A DNA stretch of 64,000 nucleotides, taken from a virus. This document shows positions 29,947-38,938 of the stretch, in pieces. A program made the position numbers and the translations under genes. The DNA lies in IMG/VR virus record IMGVR_UViG_3300009151_000031; one strand, 5' to 3'. The stretch's first letter is position 1, and each line of letters opens with the position of its first letter. A model generated the notes under the pieces. The model ran no database searches. It was not told where the DNA came from and was given only the letters and a program-made list of their open reading frames with translations.

Positions 29947-31392
29947 ATGGCAAAAGAATACAACACCGATATACAAAAACTATTTTTAGAAATGATGATG
30001 CAGGATGCTACTAGTTACATCCGTGTTCAAAATATCTATAACCCAGAAAACTTTGATCGCAGTTTGCGTGATACCGCAAAGTTCATACAAGAACATAGTG
30101 CGACGCATAAAACACTACCCACATACGAACAAATTAAGGCAGTAACTGGCGTAGAACTTAAACCAATCCCAGATGCTGTTGAAGGGCATCAAGAATGGTT
30201 TATGAATGAGTTTGAAGGATTTAGCCGTAAGGAAGAACTATCACGTGCTATTCTTAAAGCCGCAGACTTGTTAGAAGAAGGCGACTACGATCCTGTAGAA
30301 AAGCTAATCAAAGATGCAGTACAAATATCATTAACCAAAGACATGGGTACAGATTACTTTGGTGATCCAAGAGCACGTATTGACCGATATTTTAACTCTG
30401 GTGGACAAGTAAGCACAGGCTGGCCCACTATGGATAAGATCTTGTACGGAGGTATGAGCCGTGGTGAACTTAATATTTTTGCCGGTGGATCGGGATCGGG
30501 CAAATCGCTTGTCATGATGAACAAAGCATTGAGTTGGTTACAAGCAGGACTCAGTGGCGCATATATAACACTAGAACTAAGTGAAGAACTATGTAGTTTG
30601 CGTACAGATGCTATGCTAACAGGTATGGGTACAAAAGAAATCCGCAAGGACATTGATACCACTGAACTTAAAGTTAAGATGGTATCTAAAAAAGCCGGGC
30701 AATATCGTGTTAAGGGATTTCCGGCACAAAGTAACATCAATGATATTCGTGCATACTTGAAAGAAGTACAAATACAAACAGGTATTAAGATTGACTTTGT
30801 TATGGTTGACTACTTAGACTTGTTAATGCCAGTGTCAGTTAAAGTTAATCCCAATGATCAGTTTATCAAAGACAAATACGTAGCAGAAGAATTGCGTAAC
30901 TTGGCTAAAGAACTTAATGTATTGTTGGTAACAGCAAGTCAGTTAAATCGTAGTGCTGTTGAAGAAATTGAATTTGATCACAGTCACATTGCTGGTGGTA
31001 TTAGTAAAATTAATACAGCAGATAACGTGTTTGGTATCTTTACAAGCCGGGCAATGAAAGAACGTGGGCGTTATCAAATACAATGTATGAAGTCACGTAG
31101 TAGTACAGGTGTTGGTATGAAGATTGATCTAGAATACAACATTGAAACTATGCGTATTACTGATCCGGGCGAAGACGGACAGGATAGTAATACAGGTGGC
31201 TACGGTAAACCTGCTACTAGTATCTTGAATCAAATTAAAACTAACAGTACTGTTACAGAGTCTAAACCCTGGGCAAGACCGCAGGCAAAAGAAGGATTTG
31301 ATTTAGAAGCGCCACAAGCTACTCCGGGCAGTAGCGTAGAAAGCACAAAACTCAAGCAAATGCTATCAGCTCTAAAAGCCAAATCTGAATAA
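29947..31392 (+). CDS. Replicative DnaB-like helicase (gp41-like)
   Basis: GGSGSGKS Walker A, VDYLDL, TASQLNR, KSRSS. Confidence 0.9.
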   Translation: MAKEYNTDIQKLFLEMMMQDATSYIRVQNIYNPENFDRSLRDTAKFIQEHSATHKTLPTYEQIKAVTGVELKPIPDAVEGHQEWFMNEFEGFSRKEELSRAILKAADLLEEGDYDPVEKLIKDAVQISLTKDMGTDYFGDPRARIDRYFNSGGQVSTGWPTMDKILYGGMSRGELNIFAGGSGSGKSLVMMNKALSWLQAGLSGAYITLELSEELCSLRTDAMLTGMGTKEIRKDIDTTELKVKMVSKKAGQYRVKGFPAQSNINDIRAYLKEVQIQTGIKIDFVMVDYLDLLMPVSVKVNPNDQFIKDKYVAEELRNLAKELNVLLVTASQLNRSAVEEIEFDHSHIAGGISKINTADNVFGIFTSRAMKERGRYQIQCMKSRSSTGVGMKIDLEYNIETMRITDPGEDGQDSNTGGYGKPATSILNQIKTNSTVTESKPWARPQAKEGFDLEAPQATPGSSVESTKLKQMLSALKAKSE

Positions 31393-31427
31393 CACTTCCA
31401 TAAATATAACATAAACTGGAGCATACT

Positions 31428-31670
31428 TTGCAAAAGAAGGCCCGTAGCATTTTAGACGAATTAGACACGTTGCTAGTACACAAAGATCGTGAGAATCTTG
31501 TGGAGAGCCGTGCCACCCATGTTATACAGGGTGCAATTAATCTAATCAACTATATTCGTGAAAACTATGATGCCGACGCCGCAGGAGAGCTGGAACGCCG
31601 CTTGATCAATTCAATCCGCACCCAAGAGCCAGAGAAATTCAAGCGTGGTGTTAGGAGAATGAAGCAATGA
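31428..31670 (+). CDS. Hypothetical protein (late cluster)
   Basis: TTG start with GGAG SD; ATAAATA at 31400. Confidence 0.65.
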   Translation: MQKKARSILDELDTLLVHKDRENLVESRATHVIQGAINLINYIRENYDADAAGELERRLINSIRTQEPEKFKRGVRRMKQ

Positions 31671-32416
31671 AAATTAATGAAGTAATCCAAGAAGGTATAG
31701 GTAATTGGGCTAAAGGCTGGGGCAAGGTTGGCAATAATTTAGCTAAAAGTGCATTTGGCATGGATCGTAATGACACCTGGACTGGCGAGAATGGATTGGT
31801 CCCAGGCGTAGGAAGATATAAAACCAATCGAGCACAAGCGGCCGCAAATGCACAGCCAACGGCTACCCCTGCTAGTACTACACCCCCAGAACAAACAGCA
31901 CCCGAGCCAGAAGAAGTAACAGGTAAAAATGTACCAAAACTAGTAAAACTAAAAAGCGGAAGAGAAGGTGTTCAATTTCAAGGTAAAATTTATGTTACCG
32001 GAGATGATGGGCGTTGGGTAGTTTTTGGTAGCAATAAGCCCGTTGGCACAGATTTACAAGCCGAGTTTGATAGCCTAATAGGTTACAAAAATACAGGAGG
32101 TGCTAATACGCCTCCTCCACCACAACCAGCGGCATCATCACCTGCACAGCAACAAACATCAACCGAGCCTGATGTGGGGTCTGATGTGGAGCCCGAATCA
32201 GACCCTGCTCCTACCACACCACCCCCAACCGCTAAAGCTAGAATTTCTAGAAAACCAGATGGTAGTGTAACAATAACTGATAAAAATGGTCAAGCATGGA
32301 CTAAACCTGCTGACAAAGATTACTGGTCTGATGGCAAGGGAATCTTTATGCCTGGCAGTGAACAGTACAACGCATTAACTAATTTTAATCAAAATCTTAA
32401 AGAAGCAGGCCTATAA
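31667..32416 (+). CDS. Pro/Thr-rich hypothetical protein, probable head-associated
   Basis: MKINEVIQEG N-terminus; low-complexity P/T/A linkers. Confidence 0.6.
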   Translation: MKINEVIQEGIGNWAKGWGKVGNNLAKSAFGMDRNDTWTGENGLVPGVGRYKTNRAQAAANAQPTATPASTTPPEQTAPEPEEVTGKNVPKLVKLKSGREGVQFQGKIYVTGDDGRWVVFGSNKPVGTDLQAEFDSLIGYKNTGGANTPPPPQPAASSPAQQQTSTEPDVGSDVEPESDPAPTTPPPTAKARISRKPDGSVTITDKNGQAWTKPADKDYWSDGKGIFMPGSEQYNALTNFNQNLKEAGL

Positions 32417-33183
32417 TGTATCTGTATGAAGGCGGAAACGTATTTGACAACACCAGTGATGTAGCAAAAGAAAATGTTGCCGCAGTAATAGACACGATTC
32501 GCAGAGAACTACCAAGCGGATTACAAAAGAAAATTATAGCAGACATTGGCTCTGCTGGATACAAAGTTCAATCCGGAGATATTGATTTATTTTTAGATCA
32601 AGTCGCTACTGTGAAGAACTTTGGTGTGGCTGATGAAAAGCAAGCTAAACAGGCACTAGCACAATATTTCCAAGCAAAAGGTTATGCAGTTAAAGTAATG
32701 GGTCGTAACGTTCACGTTGATGTTCCTTACAAAGGCGCAGACGGAAAAACATTGTACGCTCAAGTTGACGTAATGATTATTCCTAATGCCAGGGGAGTTG
32801 CTGATTGGCATCAACATGGCCCACGTGGTATGTACGATGATCCTAAGTTTAAAGGCGCCCATTTGTTTATGTTATTAAACAGCATTGGCAAAGCATTGGG
32901 TGTTAAGGTAGATGCATTTGGCGGTACTGTTATACGTCGAGATGATAATACAGTAGTTGCTGACAATCGTGAAGATGCCGCAAAACTGTTGTTAAACCCA
33001 GGCGCACATGCCGCCGACTTAAATTCTGTTGCTACAGTAATGGCCGCATTGGCCAACGATCCGGACAAAGAAGCTAAACTAGCACAAGCACGTCAAGACC
33101 AACAAAAAGGTTTGTTAACATTACCCGAAGACATTGCACCAGGCACAGCCGCTTGGTTCCGTAAACTAGGACACAATCTGTGA
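32416..33183 (+). CDS. DNA polymerase beta-type nucleotidyltransferase-like protein
   Basis: GSAGYKVQSGDIDL (GS..DxD) and QVDVM third Asp. Confidence 0.65.
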   Translation: MYLYEGGNVFDNTSDVAKENVAAVIDTIRRELPSGLQKKIIADIGSAGYKVQSGDIDLFLDQVATVKNFGVADEKQAKQALAQYFQAKGYAVKVMGRNVHVDVPYKGADGKTLYAQVDVMIIPNARGVADWHQHGPRGMYDDPKFKGAHLFMLLNSIGKALGVKVDAFGGTVIRRDDNTVVADNREDAAKLLLNPGAHAADLNSVATVMAALANDPDKEAKLAQARQDQQKGLLTLPEDIAPGTAAWFRKLGHNL

Positions 33184-34271
33184 GATTAGATTTTATCAAT
33201 AACATTCTTGTAGAAGCACGAGCAGGTGCCCAACCTCATCCAGAGGACAGCATATTTGATGGTGCACAGGCCGCAACACAAGCTCTACAAAGTTTACAAT
33301 ACGTTATTAAGAATCCTGGTAGTGTAACTATTAAATGGGATGGCTTCCCTGCATTGATATTTGGTCGTGTTAGAGATGGTCGTTTTACTGTACAAGACAA
33401 ATATATGTTTGACGCTAAGTTTTTTGCCGATAGCCCGGCCAATTGGCAAGAGTACGATAGTAAAAAAGCGTCAGGTAAACTACGTCCCGATTTATATTCT
33501 AAATTGGCAAATATTTGGAAGGGACTTGAAGCCGCAGTAGGTAGCAGTACTGGTTTCTTTTGGGGCGACTTGCTGTGGTGGGAACAACTACCGGAACAAA
33601 ATGGTATGTATGCGTTTAAGCCGAACGTGGTAGAGTATCGCATACCAGCTAATACTCCGCTAGGTCAAAAAATTGGTAAAAGTGTAGGTGGTGTGGTAGT
33701 ACACCAATTCTTTGCCGATGATGGCGCCTCACCACAACAATGGAACGGCAAAGGACTCAACACCGACGGCGCTGTAGTTATACTGACCCCAAGTGCAGGA
33801 GTTGCATTTAAGTTAAATGATCCTGTACAGTTGACCAAAGCCGCAAGCCGAGCAGTCTCACAGTACGGACAAACAGCTGAAAGTTTCTTGACAGAACTTC
33901 CTGGTGTTGTTCGTCAAGCAATGCAAAAGTATTGTAACAAAAAAATCACAGGACAAACCGCAGAAGAACTAGGCCCGTGGTTGCAAAAGAACGTTAGTGC
34001 CAAACAGTTCAACTTCTTGGTTGGTACAGAAGGACAAGACGGATATTTGGTACGTGAACAAAAGGGGTTGAATGCTCTATTTACTATATGGAACAGTTTG
34101 TATGCTCTCAAAGTTAACCTAGCAGATCAGCTAGAAAAACAAGTGCAAGGAATTGAGCAATCAGTTAACGGCAAACCTGCTGGTGAAGGATTTGTATTCA
34201 ATACCCCAACTGGCCTAGTAAAACTAGTAAACCGCGGAACATTTAGCGCGGCTTTGTTCGCTAAAGAGTAA
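33180..34271 (+). CDS. ATP-dependent ligase-superfamily-like protein (DUF6267-like)
   Basis: HPED, TIKWDG (KxDG motif I), GEGFV (motif IV), LVKLV (motif V). Confidence 0.6.
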   Translation: MRLDFINNILVEARAGAQPHPEDSIFDGAQAATQALQSLQYVIKNPGSVTIKWDGFPALIFGRVRDGRFTVQDKYMFDAKFFADSPANWQEYDSKKASGKLRPDLYSKLANIWKGLEAAVGSSTGFFWGDLLWWEQLPEQNGMYAFKPNVVEYRIPANTPLGQKIGKSVGGVVVHQFFADDGASPQQWNGKGLNTDGAVVILTPSAGVAFKLNDPVQLTKAASRAVSQYGQTAESFLTELPGVVRQAMQKYCNKKITGQTAEELGPWLQKNVSAKQFNFLVGTEGQDGYLVREQKGLNALFTIWNSLYALKVNLADQLEKQVQGIEQSVNGKPAGEGFVFNTPTGLVKLVNRGTFSAALFAKE

Positions 34272-34344
34272 TAACACACCATTTTCCTCCAGTTTGTATA
34301 AATAACTGTATGCAGAGATGCACATATATTAAGGAGATTTAAAA

Positions 34345-34749
34345 ATGGCAATCCAAACACGTTACGCAGGTGATGCAACAGGTATCAACAACGTTGATGC
34401 AAAATATGATGGTACATTAGCTACTATTATCGCTACAGGTTTAACAAAGAACCCAACAGCACTAAAGATTACTGGTTTCGGTACTTTCTCAGCCACTGAG
34501 AGCGGTACAGGCGGTCCAGTAGAAGCAATTCTACGTTCAATCGCTATCGATTCTACAATCGTTATGTATCAAGTTGATACTACACAGGTCAGCGTTTTAG
34601 TTGAAGCTACTGGCGCAACTACAGCACAGATCCAAACTCGTCTACAAACTTTAAATGGCGGAGCCGTTGGTAACATTGGCTTGGCAGCAAACATTTATAG
34701 CGGTCCAGGCGTTGCATGTGTTAGCACAGGCGGTTTCAAACTAGCTTAA
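34345..34749 (+). CDS. Probable abundant virion protein (head decoration-like)
   Basis: TATAAATA at 34297, strong AAGGAG SD, own terminator, Gly/Ala/Thr-rich. Confidence 0.55.
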   Translation: MAIQTRYAGDATGINNVDAKYDGTLATIIATGLTKNPTALKITGFGTFSATESGTGGPVEAILRSIAIDSTIVMYQVDTTQVSVLVEATGATTAQIQTRLQTLNGGAVGNIGLAANIYSGPGVACVSTGGFKLA

Positions 34750-34763
34750 TAGTTTTTAAAACT

Positions 34764-34797
34764 AACAAAAAGGCAACTTTATGTTGCCTTTTTTGTT
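34764..34797 (+). terminator. Rho-independent terminator
   Basis: AACAAAAAGGCAAC-TTTAT-GTTGCCTTTTTTGTT. Confidence 0.85.
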
Positions 34798-34817
34798 GGC
34801 CACTAAATACGTATATC

Positions 34818-35249
34818 ATGTCCAGCACTAATATACATCTATACCAAGGGTTCAGTCTAATAGACATTACCGCCACAGGTGTAATACGTGGACAGGATGC
34901 CGACGCTGTTGATCGTAACCAACAACGTAATTGGGAAACAGTTATACAATGCATGGGACTAAGAACACAGCCACAGAACATACAACCACCTTCACAAATT
35001 GATGTGGGACTCGACCAATTGGAATTTGGTGATTTTTATTCAGGCATACAACGAGTCTGGACGTGGACCTGGACTGTGGAAAGTGCTGGTGTGTATGATA
35101 CCGACCGACCACTGAGCGGACTACTGCAAGATTTTGAACAAGTACCTGTTATAACTGGATTAACTGAAACCGCTCGATTTATGCTACCCATATTTTATCC
35201 ATATGGTTCCATTAAAAACGTTTATTTCAAAGAGATTAAGCCAAGCTAA
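34818..35249 (+). CDS. Hypothetical protein
   Basis: 143-aa ORF; CTAAATA at 34803. Confidence 0.7.
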   Translation: MSSTNIHLYQGFSLIDITATGVIRGQDADAVDRNQQRNWETVIQCMGLRTQPQNIQPPSQIDVGLDQLEFGDFYSGIQRVWTWTWTVESAGVYDTDRPLSGLLQDFEQVPVITGLTETARFMLPIFYPYGSIKNVYFKEIKPS

Positions 35250-35348
35250 ATAGTAACATAGATGCTACAAGGCAATTATTAAGGCTCATATCAAGGCACA
35301 CACAGGCTCAAAAAATAATGCATCGCTAATATGAAAGCGACTGGATAA

Positions 35349-35612
35349 ATGTCCACTACAACAGATATAGAAAAGAAGAGTCTTGAAGCTCACGTAGAAC
35401 TTTGCGCGGAAAGATACTCTAACTTGGAAACAAAATTAAACAACCTAGACAATCGTATGGATAAACTAGAAGGTCACATTGTTGACATCAAAGATAGCCT
35501 AACTAAAAATGGCGGAGAAAGTAACAAAACTATTATTACCATTGGCACATCAATATTTGTGGCACTACTAACGGCAGTTCTAGGTATAGTGGTACATTTA
35601 GCAAACAGATGA
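35349..35612 (+). CDS. Coiled-coil plus C-terminal TM protein (XhlA/holin-like)
   Basis: LETKLNNLDNRMDKLE heptads followed by a single hydrophobic helix. Confidence 0.5.
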   Translation: MSTTTDIEKKSLEAHVELCAERYSNLETKLNNLDNRMDKLEGHIVDIKDSLTKNGGESNKTIITIGTSIFVALLTAVLGIVVHLANR

Positions 35613-35818
35613 AAATAGTAGAATTATTAAGCAAAATACAAGTTGCTATAACAAACGAACAAGCCGATCTACTTGGCCGCTTTCAACATGAGCCAAGTAT
35701 AGTAAAGAACAAACTCGATGAACGAGAGCAAGTAATTGCAAATCAATTAACACAGCAGGACATCCTGTTGCGCCGTAATGAAAATGGCCAAATCACATAC
35801 ACGAAAAAAATCCAATAA
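35609..35818 (+). CDS. Hypothetical protein
   Basis: 69-aa ORF, MKIVELL. Confidence 0.6.
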   Translation: MKIVELLSKIQVAITNEQADLLGRFQHEPSIVKNKLDEREQVIANQLTQQDILLRRNENGQITYTKKIQ

Positions 35819-36314
35819 TCTGGAACCCAAAGAAGTAAGAGCAATATCTAACGCCGCAACGGACTACATTAAACAGTGGACTAATCGTGAGTTAGGTAAG
35901 ATTCAGCAAGAACGTACAAGCCCGTTATGTATACCTGTAAAAAATGGGTATCGTATTGGGCTTTATAGTTTAAAAGTTTATCCAAATAAAACTTGTGATG
36001 TAACAAATCCCACTGGTGATTTTGTACATCGATTTGATACCAAAATTAGTGCTATACTATACACAATTTACACTATCAAGAATAGATTGTTTAACGCAGA
36101 CGAAATCCTTACGTGCGATAAGGAAATAAATAAGTGTTATACAGACATGTTGTCATTGCGTAATACTGTAGAAAAAGCAAGACAGCGCCAGGACTATGTA
36201 ACAGTTGATACTAGGATGCCTAGGTTGGAGATAGCTGAATCTAGGCTAAATCTTGCCCGGGATAAAATATCAAAATTACAAAGAACTGCTAAATACTACA
36301 AGATATGGGAATAA
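35778..36314 (+). CDS. Hypothetical protein
   Basis: 178-aa ORF in the late cluster. Confidence 0.65.
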   Translation: MKMAKSHTRKKSNNLEPKEVRAISNAATDYIKQWTNRELGKIQQERTSPLCIPVKNGYRIGLYSLKVYPNKTCDVTNPTGDFVHRFDTKISAILYTIYTIKNRLFNADEILTCDKEINKCYTDMLSLRNTVEKARQRQDYVTVDTRMPRLEIAESRLNLARDKISKLQRTAKYYKIWE

Positions 36315-36320
36315 TACATC

Positions 36321-37007
36321 ATGAGACTTTCTGAAATGCGAACCGAAGTAACACCACAAAAGATTAACAAAGTTATGGAAAGCCGCTTTGGTTTTACCAT
36401 TGACTATGATAACTTAACTTACGCTAAAGCGCAACGCTTGAGTAAAGCTCTTGGTGAGAACATCACACAAATTAAAAAATCCTTTGGCGCACACACCGCT
36501 GAAAAGAATGGCAAGTATATGGAACTTATGCTTGTTAAAGAAGGCCTAGACAAATGGATGGGCTCTGAACAAGGTTTGTTTGAATCTGAAATGGGTCGTA
36601 GCGAAGCTGTTCTAGCCGCTAAAGACATTGTTGACAGTATTCAAGACATGCTAGAAAAAATCAGCAAAGTACAGAACGAACAAGTTCCTGCACTAATTGA
36701 TACTATTCGTGACCAAATTGGTAGCGAACAGGCAGAAGCATTTAAAGGTGCTATTAGTCCAACACTAGCAGAACTATACACAGCATTGAGTCAAGCACGT
36801 GAAACAAGCGACACATCAGTTCGAGTACTAAGTGGTGAACAGCCACCAGCTACAGATATGAACTTGGGTGGTGCTCCTGATGCAATGGGTGGTGCTCCTG
36901 AAAGCGATATGGATAGTGACTTAGGTGCTCCTCCAGAAACTGATGGATTTGATGCTACCGATGCCGCAGTTGGCGGTGAAGAAGAACTAGGACGCGAACG
37001 TCGTTAA
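36321..37007 (+). CDS. Hypothetical acidic protein, possible prohead core/scaffold-like
   Basis: MRLSEM, LFESE, acidic low-complexity tail. Confidence 0.5.
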   Translation: MRLSEMRTEVTPQKINKVMESRFGFTIDYDNLTYAKAQRLSKALGENITQIKKSFGAHTAEKNGKYMELMLVKEGLDKWMGSEQGLFESEMGRSEAVLAAKDIVDSIQDMLEKISKVQNEQVPALIDTIRDQIGSEQAEAFKGAISPTLAELYTALSQARETSDTSVRVLSGEQPPATDMNLGGAPDAMGGAPESDMDSDLGAPPETDGFDATDAAVGGEEELGRERR

Positions 37008-37008
37008 T

Positions 37009-37461
37009 ATGCGTATTACTGAAATCATTCGTGAAGATTTAGGTCAACCTCCTACACAAGGACCCGACCCGGGTGCTGAACCCAATCATAACGATAAAGC
37101 TGACGCCCACGGTTACAATGACATTATGAATGCTCTTGCAACCACGCAAAGTCAGTTGGCATTTACACACGCAATACCAAGAGAAGAAGCCGCCAAGGTA
37201 GTTGCCATGGTCAACGCACAACGTGGCGACAACTCTTTCCGTTGGACAGATTTAAATGACGCAATCAAATCTGGACAATTTAAAGATGTAGTAGAAAAAA
37301 TTGAACCAGACGAAAAAACTGGTGTAAATTATGTCTACTTTGTAACACCAGAGACACAAGTACAGTCTACCGTAGATGGTGGCGGCGCAGGTGCTGGTGG
37401 CAGTCCAAAAGATTCCGGTAAAGTCGTTAGCCAAATGGCCAAACGTGCCGCCGGTGCTTAA
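37009..37461 (+). CDS. Hypothetical protein, probable head-associated
   Basis: MRITEIIRED; VVSQMAKRAA C-terminus. Confidence 0.55.
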   Translation: MRITEIIREDLGQPPTQGPDPGAEPNHNDKADAHGYNDIMNALATTQSQLAFTHAIPREEAAKVVAMVNAQRGDNSFRWTDLNDAIKSGQFKDVVEKIEPDEKTGVNYVYFVTPETQVQSTVDGGGAGAGGSPKDSGKVVSQMAKRAAGA

Positions 37462-37475
37462 TCCAAAAACTCCCA

Positions 37476-37504
37476 TTGACATACTGTGATTAATACGCTA
37501 TAAT
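37476..37504 (+). promoter_or_regulatory. sigma70-type promoter of iscU-iscA-nuclease
   Basis: TTGACA-17-TATAAT. Confidence 0.8.
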
Positions 37505-37522
37505 AGCGTAAGGAACATAGTT

Positions 37523-37903
37523 ATGGCTTATTCAGATAAAGTAATTGATCATTATGAAAATCCACGCAACGTGGGATCGTTTTCTAAAGAAGACGATAAT
37601 GTGGGCACCGGCATGGTTGGTGCTCCTGCGTGTGGTGATGTAATGAAACTACAAATAAAGGTTGAAGATGGGATCATCACAGATGCTAAATTTAAAACGT
37701 ATGGTTGCGGCTCGGCGATTGCATCGAGCTCTTTGGTTACAGAATGGGTCAAAGGCAAAACACTTGACGCCGCAGCCTCTATTAAAAATTCGGAAATTGC
37801 AGAAGAACTCGCCCTTCCGCCAGTTAAGATCCATTGTAGCATCTTGGCCGAAGATGCAATTAAAGCGGCTGTAAATGATTACCGTAACAAACACAGCGTC
37901 TAA
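37523..37903 (+). CDS. iscU: Fe-S cluster scaffold IscU
   Basis: YSDKVIDHYENPRNVG, GAPACGDVMKLQI, GCGSAIASSS, LPPVKIHCS. Confidence 0.97.
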   Translation: MAYSDKVIDHYENPRNVGSFSKEDDNVGTGMVGAPACGDVMKLQIKVEDGIITDAKFKTYGCGSAIASSSLVTEWVKGKTLDAAASIKNSEIAEELALPPVKIHCSILAEDAIKAAVNDYRNKHSV

Positions 37904-38201
37904 AAAAATTATTGACAACTTGGCCCGTCGTGGCAAAGGTGTTGGTATAAGGCTGGGCGTTCGCACCACAGGATGTAGTGGCATGGCGTATGTGTTAGAG
38001 TATGTTGACGAATACACCGGTGATCCTGGTACTATTAACTATGCCCAACAAGACTTTGTTATACTAGTAGATGTTAAAGATAATTTATATCTAGATGGTA
38101 TGGAAGTTGATTATGTAAGACAAGGCCTAAACGAAGGCTTTGAATTTAGTAACCCCAACGAACGTGATCGTTGTGGATGTGGCGAATCATTTAGAATATA
38201 A
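37875..38201 (+). CDS. iscA: Fe-S cluster assembly protein IscA
   Basis: GCSGMAY, FSNPNERDRCGCGESF. Confidence 0.93.
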   Translation: MITVTNTASKKIIDNLARRGKGVGIRLGVRTTGCSGMAYVLEYVDEYTGDPGTINYAQQDFVILVDVKDNLYLDGMEVDYVRQGLNEGFEFSNPNERDRCGCGESFRI

Positions 38202-38911
38202 TGCTTATACAAAAATACAATTATGAACCCATTAATAGAGAAACGATTGATGGGAAGAGACACTATTGTCTTCCAGATGGTAGCAAAGTTCCTAGTGTTA
38301 CAACAATCCTAGATAAAACTAAAAGTAAAGAATCTCGAGATGCATTAGCACAATGGCGCAAGAATGTTGGCGAAGTGCGAGCCCAACAGATTACTACGGA
38401 AGCCGCTAACCGCGGAACACGTATGCACAGCTATCTAGAGCACTATGTTCTAACCGGCGAAATGAAAGAACTCCCAGGTAATCCCTTTGCACAGCCAAGT
38501 TGGTTTATGGCCGCCCAAGTAATTCTAGAAGGATTCCAGAAAGTAAACGAAGTATGGGGAGTTGAAGTTCCTGTTTACTATAGTGGTTTATATGCTGGCA
38601 CTACAGATAGCGTAGGCGTACACGATAGCGAAGCATGTATAATGGATTACAAGCAAACTAATAAACTTAAAAAACGTGAGTATATTGGTGACTATTTTAT
38701 ACAGTTGGCGGCCTATGCACAGGCACACAATAGTATGCACGGAACAGACATCAAAAAAGGTGTAATTCTTATGTGCCAACAGCCAAAAGAGCTCAGTCCT
38801 GGCGTTTTTGACACCCCTGTTTATCAAGAGTTTATTCTTGAAGGACACGAGTTTGAGCACTATTGCACCCAATGGAATAAACGAGTAGAACAGTACTATC
38901 AAACTTCATAA
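38201..38911 (+). CDS. PD-(D/E)XK exonuclease (MGME1/Cas4-like)
   Basis: PSVTTIL, RGTRMH, EVPV, YAGTTD, DYKQT, QLAAYA. Confidence 0.85.
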   Translation: MLIQKYNYEPINRETIDGKRHYCLPDGSKVPSVTTILDKTKSKESRDALAQWRKNVGEVRAQQITTEAANRGTRMHSYLEHYVLTGEMKELPGNPFAQPSWFMAAQVILEGFQKVNEVWGVEVPVYYSGLYAGTTDSVGVHDSEACIMDYKQTNKLKKREYIGDYFIQLAAYAQAHNSMHGTDIKKGVILMCQQPKELSPGVFDTPVYQEFILEGHEFEHYCTQWNKRVEQYYQTS

Positions 38912-38938
38912 ATACATTATATTTCAGGATTAATGTAA

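Noticed and set aside
38201-38911. Cas4 as evidence of a CRISPR system
   Set aside because: Stand-alone PD-(D/E)XK nuclease without the Fe-S Cys cluster; common in phages
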